Source of the DNA: Fistulifera solaris
Lineage: Eukaryota
Length of the DNA: 64,000 nt
Direction: 5' to 3'
Assembly: GCA_030295235.1 (NCBI GenBank)
Contig: AP026127.1
Coordinates: 1-64,000, forward strand
The translations under genes and the position numbers were made by a program. Below are positions 14,301 to 27,813 of this stretch, piece after piece. Below the pieces are notes generated by a model. It did not search any database. It was not told the DNA's origin and saw nothing but the letters and a program-made list of their open reading frames with translations. Within the stretch, counting starts at the first letter, position 1. Every line of letters starts with the position of its first letter.

Positions 14301-17300
14301 ATTGACAAAGACATTTTCGCTCATATGCTTCGCTTGTTCGACGTCCTCCTTTCAGATATCTCTACGGCGCGGAGGGCTCCGATACCTTTGTCATAACGCC
14401 GCAAAACGTCGATCCCGTTGTATCGAAAAATCTACGGGGTCATAGGGGTGTTCTCCGACACACAGTTGCTAGCGACGATCTTGGTTACGACGGATTGGCT
14501 GTGGAGGGAGTTGCTGTCGACGTTCTGGACAACGACGGCGAGTCGGGAGCATATTTCAACGTTATCGAGACCGAAGCAATTCATGTCATGGACGAAGATG
14601 GTCTTGGTACTTTCTCCTTCTGGGTGTATCCTACAGTCATTCCTGATCCCTGGGTCACAGTCCAAGTTGCAGCACAGACGGATGTAAACGGAAATGCATG
14701 GTTGCTTTTGAACGGAGACGATCTAACTGCGATTGAGCTCGTCTTTAATGAGACGGCAGAGCCGCAAGAGGTTATCGCAACTTTTAACCCGGCTGCAACT
14801 CGTCTCGAAATAACCGACTACAATTTACTGATCAAGCTTGATCTTGTTCCCTTAGAGTCGCCGGATGAAAGATTTGAGACGACGGCGCAAACGATTCGTC
14901 CCGTGTCCGTCAAGCTTCTGCCGGAAAAAGATAGCGCACTTGCCAAGTCTGTCACTGTGGTCGAACCAGACGGCTACACTTACGTCGGAGAAGGAGTGAA
15001 TGGATGGTCGAGTTCGTACGATGTGTACCTGCGCCCCTGCACAAGTGCGATGATGGACGACACGATAGTTGAAATTGTTCCGACAGAGACCGGCAGGGTG
15101 ACCGTCAACCCTGCGGTCATCGATTCTGCAGCATGGGGAAGCGCGCCAAGCTGTAAAGTGACCGTTCAAGTTACCCCCGTTGTGGATTCCGACGAGGAAG
15201 GAATTCACTTTGTGACGCTAACGCACAAAGTCGTCGACTCAAATCAAGAAGACATTCGCCTCTCCGATGACAGTATATTGTACGCTGACAGTGTGTTGGT
15301 TCGTATCTACGATGATTTGGTGCCAAATGTTGTGATAAAGGAGAGTTTGGGTGTAACGAGCACGGCCGAGCTTGACCAGGATGTTATCGATCAATTGCCC
15401 GACGATTCCTTTTACTTAGATTCATACACAATCCGACTCGCTAGCAAGCCTTCTGAGGATGTGATTGTGACAGTTGAATCGATTGCGAAGGCGAGCGATT
15501 ACAAGTTGCCGAAGAACACAGACGCCAGAATACAAGTGCTTTTGGGCGCTGAAGGTAGTGAGGATGAAACTCTTCAACTGGTCTTCACCAACGAGACATG
15601 GAATATCGAGCAAATGGTGCGCGTCATAGCAAAGAACGATGAGGAGGAGGAAGGCGTTGATTTGCTTCACTTTCCAGATCAGCCATCCTTCCTAGCCTAC
15701 ATCCAAGGGCCTATTTTCATCGAGGGCGATACCTCTGCCGAAGTTCCTAGCATCCGCGAGGCGGTACTTCTTCCCGGAGAAAACGACACCAGTGTGTTTG
15801 CGTTCTTGGAAGCTGCCCCGTCAGAGCTGGTCTACCCAGAACTGCAAGTGGACACGCTGAAAATTTTCAACATTGATGTGCAAGGATCCAGTCCTTCAAG
15901 CGGTGTATTAAGCAGTGCCCAATTTGTCGGATACAACATGGCGAAAGAGCTGGTGATTGGCGGACAAAAGCAGAATGACGGCATCACTTATAACGGAATG
16001 GAGGTCGTTGAGTTTTCATTCGGTAGCGGTGTTGACAGATTCACCGTCGAAAGCTCATCCGTTGCTGTCCACTTTGTTGATTTGGGTGATGGCGATGATT
16101 CCGTTGAAATACAGAATATTTCAGGACACTTCGTCATCCATGGTGGTGGTGGATCGGATACAGTCACCGTCGCGTCCCAGGCATTAACGGTTAGCGCCAT
16201 CAATGGTCTTCTTGCGTTCGACGGCGGAAACGACGACGGCGGAACTGATCGGTTGATTGTAGACAATTCAGGTGACAGTATCAGTGACGACGTTTTGAAT
16301 GTTACTCGAAACACAATCGAAACCGAAAGTATGGTAAACACAGACGACGCAGCATCTCGTATTCCACGAGACGTTTTTCTATTCAACCTTAGAGGCTCCA
16401 CGGGTGGTTCCTTCAGTATCGCAGTAAATGATTCGACAGCATCAATGACGTCGGATGTCGATATTCCCTATCCGACTAGCAGTGCGATCATCGAGGAAGC
16501 GCTTCAACATCTGATCTTTCCTGACGGCGACAAGTGCGGAAAAATGAGACGTCGCGATGCGCGGAAGCGGTCAAGGTTTACGCGGTGGGAGATGAAGCTT
16601 TTGCTGTTTTCTTTTGGGCGAGCGATTGAATGACGGAGTAACTCTAACCTTAGAGACTTCCAGCCTTACCGGCTTCACGCCCGAAATTTTTCTCAACGAG
16701 ACGAACGATATTCTTTCCAAAGTTCGGACGTGGCGTATGCGGATGTTGAATTGCTGGACATTACAATGGGAAACCCAGCAAGCTCGGATTCGAAAGTCGT
16801 CTTGAATGTGAGAGGTACGAGTGCAACAACCACGATTACAACACAGGATGGCGATGATGATGTCTTTATCTCGTCGGATGCGAATGAAGACGTGACGACT
16901 TCTTCCACTGTGGACTTTTTTACACGGATGGCTCGACTACATTGAACGCGACCTGACCATTAATGTCGCCAAAGGACGTCATCGACTTTTGATCTCAGAC
17001 GAAAGCAGCAATGTCGGAAAAGGACCCGCAATTTTCGCCAGCAATTCGTTTACGGCAATTCACGAAGACGTCGGCGACATCTTTTCAATGCAAACGGCGG
17101 AAACTGGATTAGCGGCGTCAACTTGTGGCTCAGTCCTGAGAACGATGAAGTCAACGTGGTGTCGATCGCAACGGATCCAACATCCCCGACTCTGCAGACA
17201 ACTACATCTATCCATTGCGGAGACGGCGACGACAAGCTCACGATCTCGATCGACGAGGCAAATACGGTGTTTGTTGCAAATGGCCAGGGAGGCGATGACA

Positions 17301-20300
17301 TTTTAGACGCCTCGGAGTCTTCTGTTCCGGTTATCCTGTTTGGTGATGGTGGCAAGGATACTCTGTCCGGCGGCACGAATAATGACATAATTCTCGGAGA
17401 CTTTGGTCGAGTACTATGGCGATCGCCATCTACTAATATTTTCAAGTCAAGCAACATTGCGGCCCAAGCTGGTGGAGGCGGCTATGGTGACTTTACTGAT
17501 GGCGTACTTCGATTCGTGACGGATGCGTTCTCTCTGGCATTTGACGAGGGAGACAATGATGTCATAGTTCTAGGAGAGGGTGACGATTGCGCTATTGGAG
17601 GATTTTCCGATGACATCGTCACCGGAAACCTTGGGAACGACATACTAGTAAGTTTTGAAGCGCGCTTTTACGGCGCCTCATTTTTCGTTCACTAACAGTT
17701 TCGTTCGTCAGTTCGGTGATTCTGCTCAACTGCTTTTCGACATGGATACTGGCTACCCGACGTCCCTGTCCACATTGGGCTGCGATCACGGTGGAAATGA
17801 CGAGCTGTCGGGAGGCGAGGGAACAGTTAATTACATTGTTGGCGGAAGTTTCAACGATACAATTCAAGGCAGCAGTGCAATGGATCTTGCGTTTGGAGAT
17901 CACGCGAGCATCAGTCTTTATGCGGATTCCTCACACAAACTTCAAATTGCCGAAACGGTGGAAGCAGCTTGTGCCGGCGGTTTGGACGAGATCTATTTAG
18001 GAGCCGGTGACGACATTGTAAGTACAAGTGGAATGCATTCCGTATTCGAAAGCTAGAATTTTATCTAATTCATTCGTTAGGCTTTCGGTGGCGCATTGGG
18101 TGACTATATTGAAGGAAACGCCGGTCAGGATGTGATTCTGGGCGATTTCGGAGTTTTCGACACGGAAACGGAGTTCTTGGACCACCAAAACTACCAGAGC
18201 TTCATTGAGTTTCCCGAGTATGCAGGCAATGATGAGATCTACGGAGGCGACGGCGATGATTTTATTCTTGGGCAAGAGGTACGTCTGAAGAGTATTCTAC
18301 TTCCTAAATGCTTCCTTTCCCAATCTGACGCTCCGTTCTCTATCGTTTGCAACCAATTCTGTTCGCTAGGGATCCGATAAAGTTTACGGCGAAGCAGGCA
18401 ACGACGACATTTATGGCGGCCACAACATAGATTTTGGTGCTGACACGGGAGACGAGTTGAGCGGTGGTCTTGAAGAGGATTCGATCCTTGGAGACAACGG
18501 ACAAATTGTTCGGCAGCTAGTAAGTTCGACTTCTACATTCCCTTGGCTGAACGGAATGGTGTGGCAGAAGTACACCGAGCCATTTGACACCGAGGTAATA
18601 CGTGAGACCCGACGCTACGACGACGTTGACGAGATCGGGGTACGTACAAAATCGTGAAAATTCCACGCTGCACTACCAGATGCTCACCTCGCTCTCTTTT
18701 TTACTTGCAGGGCAATGATTTGATCGACGGTGGCGATGGAAATGACGTTCTTCACGGCCAAAGAGGTGACGATGGTAGGTAGACGATTGCTGATAGACGC
18801 TCACAAGTTTCAGTTCACTAACAAACGCCTTTTTCTTCCTTTTCCAGTCATTAATGGTGGTACTGGAGAAGATGGTACGTGACTTATGAATTAGTTGAAG
18901 CAGTTTTAGATTGATGTAAGCCCCAAGTCTCACCCTCATTGCTTGACTTCTCGCAGAAATCTACGGTGAACTTGGTGCAGATACATTATCGGGCGAGGAT
19001 GGATCTGATATAGTGCTAGGGGATGTTGGATACATTGTGCGTCGCTACGAAAGGACGGCTCCGCCCGTCTCAACACGGACGGAACTTGGCACAAGGATGT
19101 CATTTTGGAGGAGCTTGGTTATATTTCAGGCGTAGATCGTATCTCACAGAAACTTAAAGTGGAAACGTCCCCGTTGTCATTCGAAAGCGTCATGTCCGCG
19201 TCGCTTCTTTTTGTGGCACCGGCTTACACGAACAGCGGCGGAAAGTATGCAGCTGGCGGTGATGATTGGTTGACTGATCTGATTCAGTTTGAGCTTGTCG
19301 ATAGCTATGATGATGTACTCGACGGCGGAGACGGCAATGACGTTCTCATTGGGCAGCGAGGCGGAGATCAAATCAATGGAGGATCAGGAAATGACTTGAT
19401 TATTGGAGACGCTGGATGGAATGTGGTCCCCGTGCACATGGACCTGCCTCAAATCCATCAAGTATACCGCGCTTTGCGTGATCAATCCACGAGCAACTAC
19501 CTGATCGAGGGCGTTTCTGATAAGGAATATGGCGTTTTGTTTGCTGCGGAGTATGAATTGTATCCTGACCAATACGGCCAAATCGACTTCCTCGGATCCA
19601 TTGTGGACATGGTTTTGAACGCGGATCATGTGTTAAGCGGACACAATCTTCTCCGTGATGTTCTCGGAGTTGCCGGCATCAGTACAACCAGCGGCAACTA
19701 CTGTGTACACCCGATGTTCCGAATCACACCAGGGTTCTTGCGAGAAAATCAAAGAATGCACGGAAACGACATTATCACATCCGGTTTGGGTGACAATCTA
19801 ATCATCGGCGATGACATCAGGGCCTATTCAGGAATTGACGTGTCGGACGTCCCAGAAATTGTTGCTATTCAGCGTCGCATTGATAATCTAGTCAACGCTC
19901 TAGGAGTTCGTTTGAGCACCATGGAGGTTGACCAGGAATCCTTTTCGGGTAGTGTGATCGGCGCTTACAACATAAGCGTAGGCGACGATGAGATCGAAAC
20001 GTCGTCGGGTGGGTTTGCGCTCGTCACGGGTGACACGATGACTATAGTTGTACGAACTATCGGCTCAGGGTCGTTTGTGAGCGGCAGGCGTCTTCTTTTA
20101 GACGTAGATAAGCTCAATTCAATGATGCAGCGACTAGCCGATGTTGAGCGCATTCTATGGGACGTCAACATCTGCCTGTATGAATTTCATACGGACTTGA
20201 TGACAAAAATGGCTGCTAAATATTCTAATCAAATTGGGCAGACGTCAACACACGCTCTTTCCCTTGCGAATGATGTACTCACATCAAATGGAAACGGCGA

Positions 20301-21195
20301 CATACTAATTGGTGATTCGAGTCTGCTCTATTTCCACGTTGACAAATCTCCGAGTGCGTATCGACTCGGTTACCTCTCGCGTTCCCAAAAGAGATTTGCG
20401 ACGCGAAAGCTGCGAAACGTTCCGGATCGATTGAGAAGTGCTTTGATCTCGCACGTGAGCCGTTTATCTCGATCGGCCGCGTACAGTGGACAAGCTCCCT
20501 TTGATGACCTTCCGTTTGTATTGACCGTTGGATCCGACACAATAAAACAAAACCTGGCAGTGAATTTGGCGGCGGGTGATTTCGCTTTCTTCGGTTCGGT
20601 CGTCACGTTCCAAAACCCGAATACGGGATCCCTTTCTCGATACACGCAGTCTATTAAGAATGTGCGCTCAAAACTTGCCTCTGACGATCCCGTGGCTTCC
20701 CTCCAATTTGGCATTCAATTCTACGATGAAAGGTATTCGCAGTTACCCGATGCCTCCAAGCCCAAAATTCATGGTGATTCGTTTATCGGTCTGGACAACA
20801 GTAACGTGATGTTGGGTGAATTTTTGACGGGAGAAATGTACAACGAGATTGATAGTGCCCAGACAACTCGAGTGGCTGTAAATGCCAACGCATTTTCGTC
20901 CTCGGCGGCACAAGACTTTGCCGGTGACTTTTTCAACATTCAAGTCGGAACGGCTGCCAACGGCCAGTTTGGTCCGGACTTTTCCGTAGATGGCATTGCC
21001 ATCGATGCACAAGTCGCGGCGCCCATCCAAACCAGCATGGAAGGATTATTCCTCGAGCATCGCTTGATCCAAGATATTCAAGAAATCTTGTTCACGGAAA
21101 GTGGTCAGTTGCGAGCCGATCGAGTTGGTGGCGTCTCGACCGGACCCCATTGTACCGACGCGGAATCATCGTCTACGATTGCTCCAGCCGCCTAA
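5301..21195 (+). CDS. Giant secreted acidic protein (~4,900 aa) with RTX/hemolysin-type Ca-binding GGxGxD repeats and Calx-beta/Ig-like modules; bacterial giant-adhesin-like; 13 exons
   Basis: Signal peptide MLFRLSVGVLWLLLASSG. Co-oriented ORFs are joined by GT-AG introns at about 7574-7671, 8369-8449, 11193-11300, 11598-11678, 13594-13659, 14273-14355, 17648-17711, 18018-18080, 18279-18369, 18640-18710, 18775-18847 and 18875-18956. Many GGxGND/GDDxIxGD nonapeptides. LVFTNETWNIEQMVRVIAKND resembles a Calx-beta-like strand. Several single-base frameshifts (about 7103, 10460, 16540-17090, 19070). Confidence 0.85.
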
Positions 21196-23350
21196 AGATA
21201 ACAGGTGGTTTGTACGGAAACAAAAACTATTACATATTACATGAATACATTCAATCACGAGTTAAAACAAAAGATAGCAATAATTTAGCATTCTGTGCCA
21301 TGTGCGACTCCAGTGTCGCCTCGTCACACCTCCGCCTCTTTTTTTGCATTTTGTGGATGAGCCAAACCGATCCTCCACCGCGTGCGTGAAAGCAATAAAA
21401 GCCCTGCTTCTGTTTCAATCACTCGCAACTGTATGTACTCGCGCGCCATCCATGAACCAGAACCAACAACTGATCACGAGTCGTCAGCACGCTTCCATCA
21501 AACCACTAACAAGAGTTCGAGTCCCAGCAGAAAATCACGTAACGACCGAGATGGTAGCAACGAACGAGCAATCGAACACAGAGGCCACCACAACGAGTAG
21601 AAATAGTGGGATCGGAATGCCGACCGTGTCACGAAAATACAGCTGGTCTTACAACCGGGCCCACCTCAGGCCCCTGTGCAGAGTCTTGCACTCCGTCCCT
21701 TTCAGGACGTTTCCGATAGAAGGATAGTTGCGCGACAGCACTGCAGATGCCATCGCGCCCCTCAAAAATCCCAGGGAAAGCAACGGCCTTCCCAATCTTA
21801 AGCCAAAGGGATTGCGCCCGGAAGAAAACCGAGTCTTCGAATTATAGAGGTAACAGGCCCTCCAGCATCAGAAAAGCGCAAGTCGACTTCATATTCAGCA
21901 TTTTCGTTTACCAAAGCATCCAGAGTGACGGCGTTTCGACAAAGCAAAGAGCGCGTATACTATAGCGAAAATCGTATGAGTCGACAAATCGACACCGCAT
22001 CGCCGTCTCATGTACGGAAAGTGATTGAGCGCTGCCGCACGAACCAAGAAACATTTCTTTCGTTACTCTAGCTCAGAAAGAAATTGCCGTAGCAAAGAAG
22101 CGCTGCGAAGATTTGCTGCATCGTCAATGATAGACGATACTCAAACGAAAGGTCCTCTTCCATCATATTATTCTGCATATCCTCGTCGCTGCTTCCGCTG
22201 TACACTTCACTGTAAACAGGGATTGCAAGGCCATAGCATTGTAAAGAGATTCGAAAGGCATCCGTTAGTAGAAGACGACGAAATGATTAAAGAATGCAGG
22301 AAGGAGTGTATTGTGTTTTTCACGGCAAAAACGGACGCGACGAGAGACGACGATCGATTGAAAACAGTATCATGACTGAAATAGGAGAGTCACGGACATC
22401 TACCGCGTAAGATCCGGGACGCGTCTCGACGTCAAAACACCACCAAACGATCATTATGAAAATAAGAAGCAATATTTTTTCTATCTTAAAATAATGTTGA
22501 GCTCAAAACAAATTGTTTCTGTAACAAACGGAAGTTACACGTTACACGTCTTAAAGGAGGATACGGCTCATGACTGAAATTCAGTCGTGGTGTGATTCCG
22601 TTTACACTTTGACTCATAGTCTTCCTAACAGCAAATTTAGTTGGATGGTTCGTCTCAAATACAGCACCAAAATATCACATCAAATAACATTAGTTGCCAA
22701 ATTAAATATAATCATCAATGATTTGCTTTAGGAAGAGAAACGATCCGTTTAACTGACAGGAACATACAAGAAACGTCGAAGAATAACCGTTATTTCTATT
22801 TTAAATAATTAGGAGCACCATCGTCCTTTGCCATCAACCAAGAACGATTCATCTCAAACCGAACACATCGAAATATGATAATCTTTGGAGTTCTTTCGCA
22901 TTGTAGGGCCTGGTGAATCTCGTGCGTACGATTTCCTGATGTACTACAAGTATAAACTCATCGTGTAGGCGACTTTTTTTCACGACTGGATTGCAGTCAC
23001 GATCTAGATGCTGAAACGATCGAACGGCAATGAGAAGGTCAGCGGGTAACAACTCATGAAGAAATATATCTCAGCGATGACAATATAACAAGTTTGTTAG
23101 CAACAAGTCATCTAGATTCTTTGGGTACTCAATTGTCCCCGAATAGGGCAATTCCAGTGTTACTATGAGATCAAATTGTACAAAGCTAAATTGCACGACT
23201 GGATCGCAGTCATGAGAAATTACTTTTGAACTTTGAAACCATCACAACGAAAAACATTGCGAAAGAATAACAATAAAACATTAGTATAATTGATTATAAG
23301 GCATTGCGTACATCTTGACGAAGTATCCCAGTTGATTAAATAATTATGTA

Positions 23351-23992
23351 TCATGAAGCCCCATTATTCTGGTCGAACGACACTTCAATTGATTCCGAAA
23401 TCGCGTCGGAAACATCCATTTCCGACAAATCCGATTCCAACGATCCATCTTGACTAACGTGAATCGGCCAGTAGGATACCGTCTCATCAGCTTGTGCCAC
23501 AGCTTGTTTCCAGCCTTCTAAAAGCGCTTCATGCGTTCCTTTTTGTTGTTTTCGTCGGGCTTTACTGTGACTGATTTGCCGTATCCAAAAAAGTGGAGCG
23601 TAATAGAGCACAAGAAACGGTTGTGCGAAATATCGTAGCGGCGGAGGTACAATCGACAAGATCCATTTCATCGTTTGACGAATCCAGAGACTCGTCGCAG
23701 CCAACGTACTCGCGTAAATAGCCGTCAAACTAATGCCTGTAGCAGCTCGTGCTGTCGCTCGAATCGCCGTGAAACTCAAACCCGTCCAGGATCGTGCCAT
23801 ATCTCGTACGGAATCGCTTTTAGCCTCACACACTGTAAATGTACCACGCGGTAGCCGATCGTGTCGGTGCAAGGAAATCGGCGTTTGGGCTATCAGCCTC
23901 GGAAGAGGATGCGTCATCCAAGCGCATGACGTTGCCGGCAAAAGAAGCAGACGACAACAACAGTAAATTATCGTTAGTAAAAGTTGTTTCAT
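23351..23992 (-). CDS. Hypothetical protein with bipartite (signal + transit) N-terminus, probably plastid-targeted membrane protein
   Basis: MKQLLLTIIYCCCRLLLLPATSCA-WM has an aromatic residue at +1, as in ASAFAP-type signals. It is followed by an R/S/T-rich transit-like stretch, hydrophobic segments and an acidic C-terminus. About 213 aa, no introns. Confidence 0.7.
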   Translation of the reverse strand: MKQLLLTIIYCCCRLLLLPATSCAWMTHPLPRLIAQTPISLHRHDRLPRGTFTVCEAKSDSVRDMARSWTGLSFTAIRATARAATGISLTAIYASTLAATSLWIRQTMKWILSIVPPPLRYFAQPFLVLYYAPLFWIRQISHSKARRKQQKGTHEALLEGWKQAVAQADETVSYWPIHVSQDGSLESDLSEMDVSDAISESIEVSFDQNNGAS

Positions 23993-24840
23993 GATAGAGA
24001 ATACTGGTAGGCGGTTAATGCCAATGAGAACAGCGATAGTGTCTTTCTCATCTCTTTCGAATTGTCGCCGATCTCGACGAACGAAAAAAACGGCTGACAC
24101 CATCGTGTCATCAAGGGGGAAATCACTGGGGGACTCGCTTCATCCAGTCACGTGTACCGCTTATTGCCCCCATCCCCTGAAAACTCCTGTTATTTTCACT
24201 CACAATAAGGAATTTATTGCGGGGTCGTTCATGGTATACGCGATTCGGAATATGACTCTTGATAATAACTTTAGTCGAAATCCGTTTTCCGTCACCCATG
24301 GACGAACCTGAAATACAATGAAATTCAATGGCAAAGGTTGTCATTCATGCCGTGATGCGTCGTAATGAATTTTTTTCAAAATTTCATCGGAGCTCGTGGC
24401 AGCGAGCGTGGTACACAAACAAATCACAGTTCGATTTTGGCGGCACTCAGGAGTTCGGGGGCAATAAGCGGTCGATTTGCTTCAAGGATGGACTATATCG
24501 AAAAGTGTACCTTTTTCTCGTGACTGCAAAAGCGAGTCCCCCAGTGATTTCCCCTTGGTGTCATGAAGAAAAGTAGTGAGAAAGAGGAAAGATACCGTTT
24601 GACGTCGGACTGGCACAAGAGATTGTAATTCAAAAGAGTCATTTGACGGTCATCGATCGGTGGTTCTACAATACTTGATAATTCACAATGATATCACTTG
24701 GCATTATGTCTCAATTGTTCTTCATTATCACCGCGTTATCATCGTCGTAGACTAATGGACTTCGCAAAAGCGACAACGCATTCGACATTTTGCTTTTTCT
24801 AGAGCCATCGCCTTTTACAACAACTTACGAACAGATCACA

Positions 24841-27385
24841 ATGATGCGGCAATCTCGTTCCTGTTATTTCTTTCTACATCTGTGTCTCCTTCCTCTGTTG
24901 TGCGTCGCCCAAAATCTCGAGACTGTGCTCGAGCAGCAAGAAAAACTGTACCATCTTTCTACAAAGCCTACAAAATTATTTTCCCGATTTGTTGAGTCTC
25001 TTGTCGGATCGGACCGTGACCTAGACATTGCTCGTGCCGACAGATGAGTCTTTGAAGAACTCTTCACGATGGACGAACGAGAACTGGAATCGCCATTTAA
25101 GGGAAGCACTGCGGAATCATTTCATACCAAATGAATTGTTGTTGCAAAGTGCGTTAGCGAAACGCACCCAACTACTATCGTTGACAAATACGACAATACC
25201 CATCGGTGCCGATGGAACCATTGCGGGTGCTACCATTTTATCGGCGGATCGACAAGCCGTGAACGGTGTTTTGCATGTCATCGATCGTCCGCTGCCGACG
25301 TCGTTTGACGCTGTGTCCATTGCCGATTTGATTCCGAAACATTACCCTCATTTGGTGTCTTTGATGGACGCAACCAACAGTTCTTCGCTTCTCGCACGAC
25401 AAACGCCCGACGGGTATAGTTGGATTGGCTGTACAGAAGACGCCTTCAATCGAATGAATGAATATTTGAAACCATTGGAAGGGGACTCGGTACTTGTTGA
25501 CGAGTTTCAGAACCCTCAATACGCGTCACAAACGCGTGATAATGTATTTCTATTCAATATGGTGCCTCAAATATACGATCCCGCAGTATTGGGTGAAGGG
25601 TTTTTGGCGGTTTCGGCAACTCCGTGTGGAAATCTGTGGGTTACATACAAAGACGGAAAACTTTGCTTTCAAGATGCGTGTGTCGTCGGTGAGGCGATTC
25701 TCGCAAACAATGGGTAAGTGTTGCCGACAAAAACTGAACTTACTCGTTTAATTTTGTGTATTCTCAATTATTTTATTCTCTCAGGTTGGCTTTGCAAACA
25801 GATCGGTGTTTGGTGTGTCCTGGTATTGTCATGTCGGCCTCTATCGACCCGAATCGAACGACGCTCAATACAACCGACTTTGTGAACGTATTTCGCATGA
25901 CGGGCTGGAATGAACGTGATTTGCGGCCCTACTTTGATAATCAGACGGTGACGTTATTTGCTAGTATCAATGCAGGTTGGGCGAAATTTAGTCCTGAGGA
26001 CTTGGAACGGCTCAATTTACCGGAATGGCGAACGCATCTGATCGATTTGACCACGAGTCAAATAGCCCCCGGGCGTTGGACTCTGGAGGATCTATTCAAT
26101 TACTACAAAGAAAATGGTGCTTTCAATTTGACTATGATGAATGGAGATACGCTTGAAATAGATTATGATGAAGAAACGGAATTGTTACAAGCAGGATCTG
26201 GAGACGGTCGCGGTGATTTTTACCTCGCCAACATGGAAGGCATCGATGGGTGCGTAATTAAAATTGGATAGTTGTGGATGATCACGTTTGTTTACGACTC
26301 ACAGGCTTCATCTTGTTTGCAGAGTTATTCATTTTACAACCCACACGCCGACTGCGAACTCACTCACCCGGAATCTATTTGAAGTCGTTCAAAGAGATAC
26401 AACAACGTTCTCGCAAATGCTTACGTATATCAAAACGGATCCCACATTGAAAAAAGGATTGGAGCTTTTGAGTCCTCGGAGCATGATGATGGTTCCTGAT
26501 TCAATTTGGAATCGCCAGGTATTTTCAATCGACAGCGACTCCATTGTAAGTGAAGTGATTAACAGCCACATGTTTGCCAGCGTGGTCTCTTGCGACGGAC
26601 TGCGACAATCTGCCGGATCAGATATAATCAGTTTGAATGAGAAGCGCTGGCGCATTTCACTGAATGATCGGGACAATCCGTGTCTGCAATACGTCGATGA
26701 CTCTGGTGCAGTGAATCCGGATTCCATGGCTTGCGTATCGAAATGCGACATTGTGGCTCAAAACGGAATGGTACTTTATCTGGACAACATGCTCTTGCCG
26801 CCTGGCGTAGCGACAGAAAAGCCACCGACGGCCGCACCTAAACTCGCACCGGCTGCATCCAACTCGACTGCTCAGCCAACTGCTGGATTGAGTGATGAGA
26901 TTGATGTAGAGCAATGTTTTGATTTGATCAGCACTGCTGACGAGGATGGGAATGGCTCATTACTACGACCCGAGTACAATCGTTTGGTTGCTGCCTACAG
27001 CGACACAAAATGTCAAGACGCACCAGAAACCTTAAGTCCCAATCAGCAAAATGTATTCTTTGACATGGCATGCCTCTGTCAAGAGCGTGGCGAAGGCGAA
27101 TTGTGTTGTGAAGGTACCAACGCCGAAATATTGTTAAGTGATGACGCACTGAAGAAAGAACTCTGTCAGCGCATCGATCGCAATGCTCCCGGGAACTTTT
27201 GTAATGATGAAACAGAGTCGGCTCCATCGCCGGAAATTGAAGCAGAGGACCCTTTGACACCACCGACGGCATCACCGAGTGCGAAAATTACAGCTCAAGC
27301 AAGTGGTGCTGGGTACTCTTTGACTCGAGGCGCCCATTTCCTGATCAGCCTTGTATTTGCCGCTGGTTGGCTTTTGACGCTTTAG
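24841..27385 (+). CDS. Multi-FAS1 (fasciclin) cell-surface protein with Cys-rich/EF-hand-like C-terminal module and putative GPI signal
   Basis: Signal peptide. FAS1 H1-like TLLVPTDES and TLFASINAGW; H2-like AVNGVLHVIDRPL and AQNGMVLYLDNML. Introns about 25714-25784 and 26250-26322; frameshift about 25024. DEDGNGSLLRPEY loop; C-terminal hydrophobic tail after ASGAG. Confidence 0.8.
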
Positions 27386-27813
27386 GCTGCCAAAGTTTGT
27401 AACCGCCCCAACTATGCACTAGTCTTAAATAATTTCGTAATCACGGAGCTGATCCAGACCAGCATTCAACCGGGGAAAAGGTCGAATTGGATTTTCGTGT
27501 TGCAACCAGTTCGACGCGGACAATGTCGTTATCATTCATTTCCTACAATCAAATGCAGCTGAAAGGTAGTCTATTATGCCGTGTGCTCGGAGTATTCTTT
27601 TTTCTTTCTTTTCTCGCTAATAAATTTTGAATTTTGATCGACCATACTCAAGGCAATAAATTGACCATACTGAGATACTGTACCTGATGCGGTACTGGTC
27701 CTCTACTTTTGCACGGCTACTTGAATAGCACAACTTTCTCTTTTTCTTTCTTTCTCGTCCTTCTCACTATTTCCGTTCATTCTCTAATAACCGACGATTG
27801 TCTTTATTAAAGC

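Noticed and set aside
5255..21030. Numerous antisense and alternate-frame ORFs over the giant gene (likewise over PYC and the DUF285 genes)
   Set aside because: They are shadow ORFs produced by codon bias of the real coding strand.
5301..21195. Bacterial contamination as the source of the RTX gene
   Set aside because: It has 12 canonical spliceosomal introns and a eukaryotic-type signal peptide, and is contiguous with a telomere.
21302..22375. Short + strand ORFs after the giant gene
   Set aside because: Interrupted by stops, with no domain or targeting signal.
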